A DNA stretch of 64,000 bases, from positions 46,066,001-46,130,000 of the forward strand of contig OZ024743.1 in assembly GCA_964016885.1 (NCBI GenBank). The letters run 5' to 3'. The DNA comes from Eledone cirrhosa. Its lineage: Eukaryota. Every line of letters begins with the position of its first letter. Position 1 is the stretch's first letter. Below the pieces are notes generated by a model that made no database searches, was not told the DNA's origin, and saw nothing but the letters and a program-made list of their open reading frames with translations. Below are positions 41,736 through 59,572 of this stretch, one piece after another. A program made the translations under genes and the position numbers.

Positions 41736-42824
41736 GTAGTAGTAGTATTAGTGACTGTAGAATAATAAAGTTCTGTAATAGTTGCCAGAGCCCTGAAGAC
41801 ATCCTTTTTCATACTTATCACTCTCAGATTGTTGTTGGTGTTCTTTAGTTATTGTTTAGTGAGATAAAGAAAAGACAGTAGCCATAGCCCTTTTCATGGC
41901 ATCCTAGTCTTATAGAAGATATGAAGCTCTCCTCAAATTAGAGACCTTGCCCGAATGTTTGCAATAGAGAGGACTCTGCTAAAGGCATCCAAACGCCAGG
42001 TGGTGGTGTGAAACAGGTCGACAGATTTAGTCTGTGAAATGCGGCCCAATAAAAAATAAACTTTGACTATATTGATTGAGCCAACGAATAATTATTTATT
42101 TATTCTGAAAGGCTGAGTGCTAATGATTATAATTACGGAGCATCTTAAAATGTTGAAGCAGAGTTGGAACAATATAGTTAGAAATGACAGAAGAGGTTTG
42201 GCGTAAAGACAGAAATCATACGTCACTAATGAATACATGTTAAATTGAAAGGTAAAAAGCTACAGAAGGAGAAAGTTTGTGAAGATAAACGAGGCTGTGC
42301 ATGTAGCACTGATTTCAGCAAAATATGTTCCTAATAAGAAACAAAAATATTTCTTAAATTGATTTATATTCCAATGTTAAAGTATAGAGAATTAGAGGGT
42401 TCGAATATTGCTTGAAATAAATGTACGTGAGTTTAATCCGAGATCATGTTCAGTACAATCTCCCTCGTAGTCAACAAATATTTAACCATTCAAAACTGCG
42501 CGGTTTACAGAAAATAAAGAAAAACGTTAGATTTTTTTATTTTTTATTTTAAGATTTAAATAAAAATCAAAAATATTTAGTGATAAAAAAATAATGGTTA
42601 TAAGGATTTCTAATTTAAGCATGAGACCAGAAACTTGGAAAGAGGAACTGTCTACATTAGTATTTGACTGGTACTTTATTTTATCGATTCCGGAATACTT
42701 AACCGGCGCAATCTTGATACAAATAGCGCCCTACTCTAAAGTAATATATTTACAGACAAGCAAAGGAAAATCAGTTTGTGCAGTTAAAACATACATAGCT
42801 GCCACAATTATTTGGTATCTAATT

Positions 42825-43150
42825 CCCCATCTTACCTTGGATCACATATTATAATTACAATGCATTGAAATACAAAAATCATTTTACAAATTTCAAAGAA
42901 GCTCAATTAGAGGAGTTTCATCAAAAGACAGAATGAAAGTTTTCAGAATTGATCAACACCAAAGTCACCAACATAACGCTGCAGTAAATTCATTCAACAA
43001 AATACGTATTGGTGCCCCCGGAAAATATACTCAACAAAGAAAAATAAAAAATTACACAGCAGAAATAGACAACTTCATAAAAACCAAGGTTGATCGCAAA
43101 TACAATACCTCACAACCACACTCAACTCTTATCAATAAGATAACTTTAGC
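42825..43150 (+). mobile_element. Old LINE fragment (end of APE domain and linker), highly decayed
   Basis: Across frames: LGSH.IIIT, NFKEAQLEEFHQKTE, FNKIRIGAPGKYTQQRKIKNY, resembling GSDH / NFKKANW / A.K.IP.GK motifs. Confidence 0.4.
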
Positions 43151-43980
43151 GTTCATACTTGCAGGACATTAGATACTAGTCAATGTTTCTCATGACTAAT
43201 TAACGAATCAAATGCTATAAAAACAGCTTTGTATTGTTATTTACTACCATGTAGACATCAGAATAATCAAACTTCGTCTAAGATTGAAACTAAATTTTAT
43301 ACATCATTGAAACCATTTCCTAAATTGCGACGATTCTAACTTTTGTACGTATAATCAAATCTGGTTGAAAGAAGAATCAGAAATATGCTGATCCCTGTAT
43401 TAACCCTTTTGATATCAAACCGCCTGAAACAACCCCTGTTTGTACTTCACAGAATTTTGTTTTAAAGTATGTATATGTATTTCAAAATCTTCCATTATAA
43501 TTATATTTAAGAGCCTTTGTCAAGCTGTGCTCCAAATACCAGATTAATAATGAAAAAGTTAGTTATACTACTAAATCCTTCTCTGTTTTTTTATTATCTT
43601 CAAATATATTTGAAAATCATAGACTGTCTTTTATTAGAAATATGGTAATAACAGGATTAAGGTATAGAATTATGAGCACTTTCTATTGTATCTGCCAGCT
43701 TAGTATTTCTAGTTTGAAATTTCTGCGTTACATCAAGATATAAAAAATATGCTAATTTCAATGTAAATGTAATTCTATAACATGAATTCTAATATAATAC
43801 CACTGGCAGATTTTATCTTTTCAATTCAGTAACTTATATGTTAATGCTAACCAAAACCTGAACTACTAAAAATAGATTACACTTGTGGCCTTGTATATAT
43901 ATATACAAGAAGGTGTAAGCCCAATGTTTTTCTGTTAATTTTTCTGTACATTTCTCCTTTTCATTATATTTTAAAGCTAA

Positions 43981-44170
43981 GAGCGGTGGATTGGTAGTAT
44001 CGGTAGAGGGTCGGACGCCATGCTTTGATACATAGAGTTACGGCCCTTGCCATTCTGAGTTCAAATCCCGCCGAGGTTAACTTTGCCTTTCATCCTTACG
44101 AGGTCGATAAAATAAAGTACCAGTAATGCACTGGGTTATTGCTGGCCTTGTGCCAAACGTAGAAACAATT
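43981..44170 (+). mobile_element. Full-length tRNA-derived SINE with imperfect TSD
   Basis: A and B boxes, core and tail; flanked by attatattttaa(a/t)gcta on both sides. Confidence 0.9.
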
Positions 44171-44374
44171 ATATTTTAATGCTACAATACTCTAAGAACA
44201 GATATTATGACGATGAAGATCAAACTTATTGATCTATGAAAACACATTTCATGTATCATACGCTGCAACGACATTTATATAGCAATACAGCTGTGTTTAC
44301 GGAAACGTAAATTTACACATTTATCAAGTAATAAAAAGAATCAGCGCATATGTTTCATTATTTCATTATATAAA

Positions 44375-44775
44375 GGCAGAGCTGGGCGTCGGATATCATG
44401 CTTTGTGGTCATTTACGTTCTGGGTTCAAATCCCACCGAGGTTAGCTTTGCCTTTCATCCTTACGGAGCCGATAAAATAAAGTACCAGTCACGCACTAGG
44501 GATGATTTAATCTACTTTCCCCTCCCCCAAAATTGCTGGCCTTGTGCCTATATAAGAAACCATTATATGAAGGCACAGTTGGGCGTCGGACATCATGCTT
44601 TGCGGCATGGAGTTATGGCCATTTACGTTCTGAGTGCAAATCACGTCGAGGTTTACTTTGCCTTTTATCCTTATAGGGTCGATAAAATAAAGTACCAGTA
44701 ACGCACTGGTGTCAATTTAATAGACTTTCTTCTCTTCCGAAATTGTTGGCCTTGTGCCTAAATCAGAAACCAATA
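44375..44775 (+). mobile_element. Two tandem SINE copies (longer-tail variant)
   Basis: Two repeats of gggcgtcgga.atcatgctttg...gataaaataaagtaccagt...aaattg.tggccttgtgccta. Confidence 0.85.
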
Positions 44776-45591
44776 TATGATGGCACATGACTTATTGATT
44801 AGGATGTTGGAGTTTAATTCCTGGATTTGGCGGCACCTTTTGGTGTTTAACAAGGTGCTTCATTTCATGTTGCCCCAGTTTCCTCAGCTGAAAAGGGGAG
44901 TAAATGTCGCAGTTGGGGTTATCCCTGCAAAGTACTGGCATCCGGCACAGCAGGAATCTTTTCTTGGGAGAGATGGTGCTCCTATCATTAAGACCACCGG
45001 GAAATCTCACGTCGAAGCCTAGATAAACTGACACAGCATGTGTAATGGCTGAGTTAAGGAAACCTACATTAAACATTTGATAAAACTAAAGTCTTATCAA
45101 ATGTTTAATGACCACCTACCTCCAGCTTCGAATTTGTTTTTCATAATCCTCTTATTAATACATGTTTACTCCTTTAAGGTATTTCAGCCATTAATCTGCT
45201 GTCATACTGAACTACCACCTTTAATTAATCCATATCGACTCTAGTATTTATTTTATCGATCTCTTTTTTTTTTCTGTTGAGCAAAACACATACACATACA
45301 CACACACACAAATAAAGACTGAACCCAGCACCACGTGGTTGCAAAGAGACCTCCTTAGCCGTACAACCAAGCTTGCGCCTAACCTATATTTATTAATAAC
45401 ATTTTGCATTGAGACGTTTTCAGAAGTGTAGATTACGATTATGTTAATGATATTCGTCTTGAGCTTTATCACCGAGGAGGAAATGGAAAATGGTGGATGA
45501 TATCTGCAAAACATGTCGTTCGACGCTCTAAGAATTCTACTAATCCGTCGCCTTAGGCTGGTGTTTTATTTATCAAATATAATGGACAAAA

Positions 45592-45752
45592 AGGCGGCGA
45601 ATTGGCAGAGTTGTTAGAACGTCGGATAGAATGCTTTGGGGCATTCGTTCCGGCTCTCTGCCCTCTGAGTTAAGATCCCACCGAGGCCAACTATGCCTTT
45701 CATCCTTTCGAGGTCGATAAAAATAAGTACCAGTCTAGTACTGGGGTCGATT
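45592..45752 (+). mobile_element. tRNA-derived SINE copy
   Basis: ggcggcgaattggcagag...gcctttcatcctttcgaggtcgataaaaataagtaccagt. Confidence 0.8.
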
Positions 45753-47455
45753 CATCCCCTCTCTGGAAGAAATCTGCTGTACTCAGGCTTGGGGAGGGGT
45801 GGGCTCTGACAGGCTTAAAATGCCCAAGAAACGCCGTATGTCAATACAACGCCCCTACGACTCTATCAGGAGTTACGGGACCATATAATACAAAAGGAAA
45901 ATGGACAAAACATAAAATTGACTTCATCGGGATTTGATATCACGGTGCAGAGCGTAAGGCTTTCTATGTTACTCTCCAAGAAATCTACCAATTCATCACA
46001 CCTGAGTCTATATTTAAAATGGTTTCTAATTTAGACAAACGACCAGCAACTTGGAGAACAAAGTCAATTTAATCGACCCCAGTACTTAATTCCGTGGTGG
46101 AATACGATCTCAGAATGTAAAAACATGGAACAAATACCGCAAAACGCATTGTCTTTTAGTACTGTCAAGTAGTCACCTACAGACACGTACAATTCTATAT
46201 TTAATATCATTAAACATTTTATCTCCTACAAATTTAATAAAACAAATAAGAAAATAATGTAATTAGCATATAAAGCCTTAAACTTCGCAAGAGTTTCACA
46301 CAAAGTAATCTTTATTGGCTGTCATTTTTATTCAAAATGTATTAAACGATTTTATACAAAGTTGTTCGAATCGAGAGATTGACAAGGTAGCAACCCAAGC
46401 TTCCATTGCTCACATCTAGAGGGTGTACTGCGCCCATTGTGTAGGAATTTCATTCCTGGTGAATTAAGTATAATGTTTTAATGTATTAATAGTTTAACAG
46501 AAAATGTATTTTCAAATACATATTTGTTTTACATGCCCGAACATACACACATATACGTATACATATACACCCACATGTGTGTAAGTGTATGTTTTTGGTA
46601 ATTGATATATCCATTCCAAGGTTTCACACTGAAATAGATCTGGCAGATACGATACAAGGGTGAGTCTAACGATAACACATGTTCGATCCTAGTCAGAGAT
46701 AGTCTATTGTGTAACTGTTCAAAATATTGCCTCCTGTGCTTAACTGAAAAATAGCATTTAATAAAACATAATAGGCGATAATTAACAAAACAAAATGGAA
46801 TTTTTTTTTACTTCTTCATTTTATTGTATAGTATCTTATTATTTTATTATTTATTTTATCTTATTTTTTTATATTTTATTTCTTCATTTTACCTTATCTT
46901 ATACCATTATTTGTTATTTGCTGGCCTTGTGCCTAAAGTAGAAACAATTATTTGTTTGGCACGCCCAACCAGGTGAAAGAGTGGTAGGATTGATGCCAAC
47001 CCTCACACACTCATTCTTCTAAAGACAGCAGCAGTAGAACTAAGGCTGACCTGCCAGCTGACCCCCTAACACCAATAAACACAAGGGAGGAGGTCAGCTG
47101 TACTTAACAAAAACAGCCACAACAGATTGCCTCAGAAAAAAATTTCTATGGACTTTTGACTGAGGAATGTTCTCACAACTGACCAATGGGAGGAGAGAGT
47201 GTCCTATGATGCCGAAATTCGTTTGTTCGAATTCATATGATTCCAGTTCCTCAGAGAAATAACAACCCAACCAGGAGCTGGACATATCGGAGTAGTGACG
47301 GAGTAAAACACTTTAACAACATGTGTACCTGTCTCTACCACACCAATTCGAACTGCTTGAAGAGGTCACAGCCAATGATGGCTGTCACCGAAATATATAT
47401 AGCAGCACATCTTTAATAAACGAAGCCAAATCTTAAATATTTGACTTAATTACTT

Positions 47456-47642
<187 letters not shown>

Positions 47643-47766
47643 AGGAGGTGAGTTTTATTGTAGTACAATAAAGCAATGCAGATATCGGATAAGAAGCACT
47701 CTACAGTTTGTAGGACTGGAGTATACATAATATATAAGATCAAAAGATGGTTAAAAGAGTTCCAAG

Positions 47767-47833
47767 TATTTTATTATGCGCATTTCAAAAACAAATATCA
47801 TCATGCAATAACATTTGTGTTTTCATCAGATAA
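47767..47833 (-). ncRNA. Type I minimal hammerhead ribozyme (inverted copy)
   Basis: Reverse complement of 47891-47961 with a shorter stem I. Confidence 0.72.
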
Positions 47834-47890
47834 TGTTGATTTAAAACTGTACTATCCACAAGTGTTTTTAACCTTCATATCATGTCTTCC

Positions 47891-47961
47891 TATTTTATCT
47901 GATGACAAAACAAATGTTATTGCATGATGATATTTGTTTTTGAAATGCGCATAATAAAATA
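47891..47961 (+). ncRNA. Type I minimal hammerhead ribozyme
   Basis: uauuuuau-CUGAUGA-c-aaaacaaauguuau..augauauuuguuuu-u-GAAA-ugcgca-UA-auaaaaua; 8-bp stem I. Confidence 0.82.
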
Positions 47962-47991
47962 CATGGAACTCTTTTAACCATCTTTTGATCT

Positions 47992-48080
<89 letters not shown>

Positions 48081-48107
48081 AACACACATATATATATATA
48101 TATATAT

Positions 48108-48757
48108 AATATACCAAAAATATTTTACCAATGTACGATTACGCACATAGGGATGATGATGATGATGTTGATTATTCCTTAAAAGTCTTCTGAATCCTGA
48201 TAAGTTTAATGGTGATAATAATCATGTTAAAACAAAAGTAGGAGTCTTGCCTTGGGTAAATTAAAATTAACCATATTTAATAACCGAAATAGACGAACCA
48301 ATGCCTGGTAAGTTGACATTTTAGACTTTTTTCTGGAAATACGAGATTGCAAAGTCTAATGTATTAAAATATTTAAAATTATTAAACTATAAAAATAGTT
48401 TGGCATGAAGAAAGAAAAGGAAGATATCGTTTTAATAATGAAGTTATTTGTCAGTTTTTAATTTAAAGTTCAATGATACACTGTATTTTCAATACTATGG
48501 CGATGGCACGTTTATCTGATTCATAAACAAATACTCTGATGTTAGGGCCTTAACTCTTGATGGTGCTGTAGGGGCACCGTCATAACATACAGTGTGACTT
48601 GGCCATTTAAAACCCGGCGGAGTTAATCCTTCTCCAGTTTTGAATAGAGTCGTTATAGTTAACACCAAAAATAACATTATATTTGAGAATATAAGTAAAT
48701 ACATCCATACACACACATACATACATACAATACATACATACATACATACATACATAC
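48108..48757 (+). repeat. ~650-bp repeat; inverted copy at about 62950-63582
   Basis: Near-identical reverse complement, e.g. ataccaaaaatattttaccaatgtacgattacgcacataggg versus 63536-63577. Confidence 0.92.
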
Positions 48758-48782
48758 AATTGACCAATTTACATAAAAAGTT

Positions 48783-49541
48783 GTGCATGGATACTTGAGG
48801 CGTAAAACACAGACCATAGAGGGGATAAACCACTCAAAAAGCCTGGCATGGAGTTCCGACAAGTTTATGACATCACACCTTGAGGGATATCTCTATGCAA
48901 TACAGGAACAAGAACTCCCTACCAAATATCTGCTGCACAAAAGAGGAGGGCCAGCAGCTGACAATAAATGTAGGCTATGTAAAACAAAGATCGAGGATGT
49001 AAGCCACATTGTTGCCAGCTGCGAAAGAATGTCATCTCGCTACTACCTCCCCATGAGACACGATGGGATAGCTAGAACCATCTGGAACGCACTTCGGAAA
49101 ACAAAATCAACAACAAACGAGGAAGAATATATTGAGACAGATGGCACTAAGGAATACTGGTGGAACCTGAAAATAAAAACTGCCACCAAATTAAAGCACA
49201 ACCGGCCTGATATTGTAGTTTGGGACCACACATTGAAAACGTGTTCTGTTGTGGAGATCAGCTGCCCACTTGATGTAAACGTTGTCAGAAAAATACAGGA
49301 GAAGGAGGACATCTACGGACCATTGATGAGGAGTTTACAAATCCAGTATCCAAGATACACCTTTAGCTTCATACCCATCATTATTGGTGCTACGGGTTAT
49401 ATACCAACCCGCTTGGACCAAAGTATGACTGAACTTGGATTTGCGGACAAAAAGCGCAGCTCCCTAATTCATAGTCTACAAATGGCTGCGATAGCTGGCA
49501 CCTTCAAAATTTGCAAAACATTCTTGCGATTCAAGGGATGA
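48783..49541 (+). CDS. C-terminal CCHC knuckle + restriction-like endonuclease of a 5'-truncated R4/Dong-like retrotransposon
   Basis: EGYLYAIQEQEL, CRLC...HIVASC, RHD, NRPDIVVWD, VEISCPLD, EKEDIY, IPIIIGATG. No RT upstream: the homology begins just after a (TACA)n tract at about 48758. Confidence 0.88.
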   Translation: MHGYLRRKTQTIEGINHSKSLAWSSDKFMTSHLEGYLYAIQEQELPTKYLLHKRGGPAADNKCRLCKTKIEDVSHIVASCERMSSRYYLPMRHDGIARTIWNALRKTKSTTNEEEYIETDGTKEYWWNLKIKTATKLKHNRPDIVVWDHTLKTCSVVEISCPLDVNVVRKIQEKEDIYGPLMRSLQIQYPRYTFSFIPIIIGATGYIPTRLDQSMTELGFADKKRSSLIHSLQMAAIAGTFKICKTFLRFKG

Positions 49542-49734
49542 CAATTTCTTTTCTTTTACAACCTTGCCACCAGGAAGGTGGCCGGTCAAAAATTATACTC
49601 AAAATTAAGAGAAAGAGAAAACATATATATGAAAAAGTTCAGGACCTCCACTCTACTAACCCTAGTATCGAGTACTCTGGTGAGTAATGGTCTAACTGGT
49701 TTTTACTGCCTCCAATCTGATATATATATAATAC

Positions 49735-50140
49735 AAATTTAAATATTTGAAAGCCCTATAATGCGCATAAGATTAAAAGTGTCAAGGAATTATAGAGGAA
49801 AGAATGAGGACGATAGATTTTCACCTATGCAAATTTAATTATCTTAGATACTTTCGGGTTTAAAAACCCATTATCAAGAGAGGATCCGTGTGTAGGTCTT
49901 CAAAGAGAAATTGGAGAAGAGTCGTTGTTTGGCTGGCAGATTTAATTGAAAATTAATTGCTCTTTGAAGACCTACACACAGTTCTTCTCTTGATAATGAG
50001 TTTTTAAACCCGAAAATACTTCAGATAATTAAATTTACTGAGGTAAGATTCTATCGTCCCCATTCTTTCCTCTATAAGTCCTATTACCTGGGCAATTTTA
50101 ATCTTCTACGCACTGTAGGGCTTTCAAATATTTAAATTTA
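49735..50140. repeat. Diverged inverted repeat (~180-bp arms) with a degenerate U3-A8 hammerhead-like motif
   Basis: 49735-49906 versus 49960-50139. Both arms read UUGAUAA-u-g(g/a)guuu-uu-aaaccc-GAAA, but stems I and III are imperfect. Confidence 0.7.
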
Positions 50141-50225
50141 TTTATATTTGTATTTCCTATTCTACAATGCTTCAAGTAAACTACAACACTCTGTTATATA
50201 TATTTATATATATATATATATATAT

Positions 50226-53497
<3,272 letters not shown>

Positions 53498-54769
53498 CGT
53501 AAGACCTTTCTATACCACGATGGATCTTACTGGATCAACAAGAAATCTCAGACCCCATTTGACGTTAGCATGGGGGCGAGTGACTCGGCTGAAATTAGCG
53601 ACCTTGTGGGCCTGTACATCCTACATAACCTGAAGAACCTCTTTACCGGCCTACCTGGAGGTTTATACCGAGACGACGGCCTCTTCGCCCTGCATAAGGT
53701 TAGCCCCAGAACCACCGATGGGTTTCGGAAAAACTTAAGCTCTTTCTTCTCTAATCTAGGATTTAGTATAACTATAGATTCTAATTTGACTAGGGCCAAC
53801 TTCTTAGATGTCACTCTCGACCTAGATACTTTCCTCTATTACCCGTACCACAAACCTAACGAGTCCCTTAAATATATTAATGTTAATTCTAACCACCCCC
53901 AAAACATCACTGATAACCTAGTAAAAAGCGTCTCTATTAGAATATCTGGCCTCTCCGCCAACAAAGATATTTTTAATGCATCTGCCTCCTACTACAATGA
54001 CGCCCTAGCCCGTAGCGGATTTAAAGATAAGATAACTTACCTAGAAACCACCGCAAGATTGCAGAGGAGGAATAGACATAGGCAGATTAGCTGGTACAAC
54101 CCTCCCTTCAATAGAGAGGTATCTACTCCGATAGCTAGGATTTTCTTCACTTTACTGAAATTACACTTCCCCATACAACATAGGTACTACACCATCTTTA
54201 ATAAGAACACTATAAGACTGTCTTACTCCACCACACCTAACCTAGCTAGGAATATAGCCAACCACAATTCTAAACTAAATAAGCCAACCACCTCCGAAAC
54301 CATTCCCCGGACTGGGGCTCTATGTAATTGCCTAAATAAGGAAGCATGCCCACTTGAAAACAAATGCCTCACAAATGACATCATATACAAATGCGATGTC
54401 ATCTCAGGCACCGAGGATTGCAAAAAAACTTACATCGGCATGACCTCCAACAATTTTAAGACCCGTTGGTATGCCCATACCCACTCCTTCAGAAGACCGG
54501 ATAAATCAAATCAGACAACACTCGCCTCCTACGTTTGGGACCTCAAAAGGAACTCCACCCCATTCACGCTTAATTGGAAAATACTCCAGAAAGCGCGCTC
54601 TTACAACGGAGGACACAAGGGCTGCGACCTTTGTATTTCAGAGAGCTACGAAATTTTATTCGCCAAGGGCCCGCTACTGAACAAACTCTCTGAACACTGC
54701 CCGAACTGCATGCACAAGAACTTTGCAACATTCAAACACTTTAAGCCAGGGTTAAAGCCCGATGGCTAA
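53498..54769 (+). CDS. 5'-truncated Penelope-like element ORF, Naiad-type (partial RT + GIY-YIG endonuclease)
   Basis: Frame is open from 53498 ([27 protein letters not shown]), then [31 protein letters not shown], CxCx5C linker [32 protein letters not shown]. Confidence 0.9.
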   Translation, partial: RKTFLYHDGSYWINKKSQTPFDVSMGASDSAEISDLVGLYILHNLKNLFTGLPGGLYRDDGLFALHKVSPRTTDGFRKNLSSFFSNLGFSITIDSNLTRANFLDVTLDLDTFLYYPYHKPNESLKYINVNSNHPQNITDNLVKSVSIRISGLSANKDIFNASASYYNDALARSGFKDKITYLETTARLQRRNRHRQISWYNPPFNREVSTPIARIFFTLLKLHFPIQHRYYTIFNKNTIRLSYSTTPNLARNIANHNSKLNKPTTSETIPRTGALCNCLNKEACPLENKCLTNDIIYKCDVISGTEDCKKTYIGMTSNNFKTRWYAHTHSFRRPDKSNQTTLASYVWDLKRNSTPFTLNWKILQKARSYNGGHKGCDLCISESYEILFAKGPLLNKLSEHCPNCMHKNFATFKHFKPGLKPDG

Positions 54770-55108
54770 AAACGACCTCCCCCTATTGGCCCCTATACCT
54801 CCTCCCCACCCTACCCCCACCCCTCCTCAACCTGAAATACGGCCACTGTGGTTATGTGAATACCTCTTTCGTATCTACCTTTTCTGCCTGTAGAGGTGTC
54901 TTTATGTGCCTGCGTATATGCGTATATTTATTGAGTACCTATTTACTTGTATGTGTATATATTTGTTTGTATGTGTGTATTTGTGTATGTGTGTGTGTAT
55001 ATATATATATATATTTATATATGTGTATATATATATATGTTTGTGTGTATATGTGTTTTATGTGTGTATATTTATGTATGTATATGTATGTATATACTTG
55101 TGTATATG

Positions 55109-55179
<71 letters not shown>

Positions 55180-55441
55180 ATGTATGTGTATGTATGTATG
55201 TATGTATGTATGTGTATGTATGTATGTATGTTTATGTATATGTATGTGTATGTGTATGGGTGTATGTATGTGTGTGTATATGTGTATATATATGTGTATA
55301 TGTATATATATGTATATATATATATGTATATATATAAATGTATATATGTATATGTATGTATGTGTGTATATATGTGTGTGTATATATATATATATATATA
55401 TGTATATGTATGTGTGTGTGTGTATGTATGTATGTGTGTGC

Positions 55442-55513
<72 letters not shown>

Positions 55514-55610
55514 GTGTGGGCAGGTGTGTATATATATGTGTGTGTGTGTGTATTTGTATGTATATATATGTATGTATATGTGTATGTATGTGTGTGTGTA
55601 TATGTATGTA

Positions 55611-55665
<55 letters not shown>

Positions 55666-55686
55666 ATATGTATATGTATGTATATG

Positions 55687-55717
<31 letters not shown>

Positions 55718-55800
55718 ATGTGTGTATATATGTGTATATATATGTATATATATGTGTCTGTGTATGTGTATGTGTGTATGTATGTATATGTGTGTATGTA

Positions 55801-55845
<45 letters not shown>

Positions 55846-55954
55846 GTGCGTGAGAGAGAGAGAGTGTGTATATATATTTGTGTATGTGTGTATGCGCGTG
55901 TGTGTGTATATATATATATATATGTATATGTATGTGTATATATATATATATATG

Positions 55955-56009
<55 letters not shown>

Positions 56010-56100
56010 GTGTGTGTATATATGCGTTATATGTCTGTATTTATATGTGTATATTTATGTATAGGTCTGTGTATGTATGTGTATATTTGTATATGTATGG

Positions 56101-56134
<34 letters not shown>

Positions 56135-56147
56135 GTGTATGTATATA

Positions 56148-56238
<91 letters not shown>

Positions 56239-56387
56239 ATAGATGTTTATACATATGCATGTGTATGTGTGTGTGTGTGTATATATATGTGTGTGTGTAT
56301 ATATATGTGTGTGCGTGTATATATATGTGTGTGTATTTGTATGTATGTGTATGTATATATGTATGTATGTATGTGTATGTATGTATG

Positions 56388-56490
<103 letters not shown>

Positions 56491-56588
56491 ATGTATGTAT
56501 GTGTATATATATGTGTATGTGTGTGTATATGTGTATATATAATATGTATATGTGTGTGTAAAAATATATGTATGTATATGTGTATGTA

Positions 56589-56635
<47 letters not shown>

Positions 56636-56788
56636 GTATATATGTATGTACATACGTGTATATATGTGTGCATATATGTGTTTATATGTATGTATGTGTA
56701 TATGTATGTTTGTATGTGTGCTTGTATGTGTATATATATATGTATATGTGTGTGTGTATATATGTGTGTATATATATGTATATGTATA

Positions 56789-56825
<37 letters not shown>

Positions 56826-57019
56826 GTGTGTGTGTGTGTGTATGTATGTGTGTGTATATTTTTTTATGTATATGTATATATTTGTGTGTATGTATATATA
56901 TATATGTATGTATATACATATGTATATGTGTATGTGTGTGTATGTGTGTGTGTGTATATGTATATATGTATATGTGTGGGTGTGTGTATATATGTGTGTA
57001 TATATGTATATATATATGT

Positions 57020-57087
<68 letters not shown>

Positions 57088-57218
57088 ATATGTGTGTGTG
57101 TGTATGTGTGTGTATATATATATGTGTGTGTGTATATATATATGTATATATATATATATATATATGTATGTATGGTGCTCTTTCCTTATATTTGTGTATG
57201 TATGTGTATGTGTGTGTA

Positions 57219-57265
<47 letters not shown>

Positions 57266-57312
57266 ATGTATGTATGTGTGTGTGTGTGTTTGTATGTGTA
57301 TATATTTGTTTA

Positions 57313-57360
<48 letters not shown>

Positions 57361-57362
<2 letters not shown>

Positions 57363-57978
57363 GTAGATAAATCTACCAAGAGTTTACGGTAGTGTCCAAT
57401 CCGTATGAAGAACTCAATGTAATCCGGATATCATGGAAAGAAGAGATGCAATGAAAAATCACTTTCGGTGAAAGATAAACGGAATACAGAGTCAAGATAA
57501 AATATTAAAAAAATAATGAATAAAACAATGAAACAGTTCTTTATATTAAACAAAAAAAGTTCATTATTTAACGATCGTTTCTAGGATATATATGTGTTAG
57601 AATTGGCATGCATATTCAACAGATCTATGTACAAAATTATACAAAATTATACAAACTATCAAAATTAAATATACATACCAAACACATATATATGCCGTCT
57701 TCACAAAATTATACAAACTATCAAAATTAAATATACATACCAAACACATATATATGCCGTCTTCAGAAATAATTTATTTCTGAAGACGGCATATATATGT
57801 GTTTGGTATGTATATTTAATTTTGATAGTTTGTATAATTTTGTATAATTTTGTACATAGATCTGTTGAATATGCATGCCAATTCTAACACATATATATCC
57901 TAGAAACGATCGTTAAATAATGAACTTTTTTTGTTTAATATAAGGAACTGTTTCATTGTTTTATTCATTATTTTTTTA

Positions 57979-57988
<10 letters not shown>
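57361..57988. mobile_element. Palindromic PLE-like insertion in a (TA)n tract, with hammerheads on both strands
   Basis: Absent from the left arm. Arms about 57497-57772 and 57774-57987 meet at gaaataa-t-ttatttc; the left arm has a ~62-bp internal duplication. Confidence 0.8.
57774..57920 (+). ncRNA. Type I hammerhead with a ~115-nt stem II region
   Basis: uuauuu-CUGAAGA-c-gg.auauauauguguu...aacacauauauau-cc-ua-GAAA-cgaucg-UU-aaauaa; mirror copy at about 57564-57772 (minus). Confidence 0.65.
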
Positions 57989-58041
<53 letters not shown>

Positions 58042-58266
58042 ATGTGTATGTATGTATATATGTATGTGGTTATATATATGAATGTATATATATATATATG
58101 TATTTGTGTATATATATATGTGTGTGTGTGTTTGTGTGTATGTGTGTGTATATGTATATATATATGTGTGTGTATGGGGTTTTTTATATATATATATATG
58201 TGTGTGTGTGTGTGCATGTGTGTGTGTGTATGTATATATGTGTATGTGTGTATATATATATATATA

Positions 58267-58311
<45 letters not shown>

Positions 58312-58389
58312 ACGTATGTGTGTGTATATATGTATGTGTATGTATGTATGTGTGTATGTGTGTATATATATATATATGTGTATGTATGA

Positions 58390-58431
<42 letters not shown>

Positions 58432-58608
58432 ATATATATATATATGTGTGTATATGTATATATATATATATTTGTGTATGTATATGTGTCTATGTGTATT
58501 TGTGTGTATATACATGTATATTCGTGTTTGTATGTATGCGTGTGAGTGTATTTATTTGTGTATATATATGTGTGTATATGTGTATGTATGTGTATGTGTG
58601 TGTGTGTA

Positions 58609-58645
<37 letters not shown>

Positions 58646-58668
58646 GTGTGTGTGTATATATGTGTATA

Positions 58669-58798
<130 letters not shown>

Positions 58799-59407
58799 GT
58801 GTGTACATGAATATATATTTATATATTTTTATATATATGTGTGTCTGTTTTTATGTGTGTATATGTGTTTGTGTGTGTGTTTATGGTTGCGCGTAAGTGT
58901 GTGAGTGAGTATTTTTTTTGGGTTTTTTTTTTTGTTTTTTGTGAATGTGTCTGTTGATTTTTGGCATATAGTTGATTAGTTTAAGAGAAGTTCGAAGATA
59001 ATAGTAAGATATGCACTCAGTATTTTGAATCTGTCTGCAGAATTCTCTAGACCTTTGTGACTTAGTAGAACCTTAATGACTTTAGCTTTTAAAGAATCTC
59101 CCTTTTCTTTAATTCTATCGACCATGACTGACCCCCCACTGATTTTATAGACATCTGTTAGCTTAAGAGAAACTTATTGACAAGGAATGGTAGGCCATCC
59201 GGAACCTGTTTATAGAATTCTGTCTGCCCTTGTTACTCTAAAAACATAAATAAATAAAAATAAAAATAAAAATAAACTATAGCTTTGTAAAATTAGCTTT
59301 TAATGAATTCCCTTTTCTATCAACCAATGACCTGCACCCATCCCACTCCCCACCCTCTCCTACCACTTGTAGAGACCTATAAATACCATATTTATTTTTT
59401 GATACCC

Positions 59408-59458
59408 AGATTCCTGATGATTTCTAATGAATGAAACAGTTCTAGTCCTGTAGAATCT
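59408..59458 (+). ncRNA. Type I hammerhead ribozyme at the 3' end of the Naiad-like element
   Basis: agauuc-CUGAUGA-u-uuc-uaau-gaa-u-GAAA-cag-uucuaguc-cug-UA-gaaucu; GUA site. Confidence 0.82.
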
Positions 59459-59541
59459 CATCTATATTAAAACTGTTATACTCTGCTATGTATTGAGTAC
59501 CTTACTTACTGTGGTTACCTCCGATTCAACCCGGAATAACG

Positions 59542-59572
<31 letters not shown>

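Larger units (their letters stand above)
47725..48000. repeat. Inverted repeat (~108-bp arms), each arm carrying a hammerhead
   Basis: 47725-47833 is the reverse complement of about 47895-48000. Confidence 0.9.
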
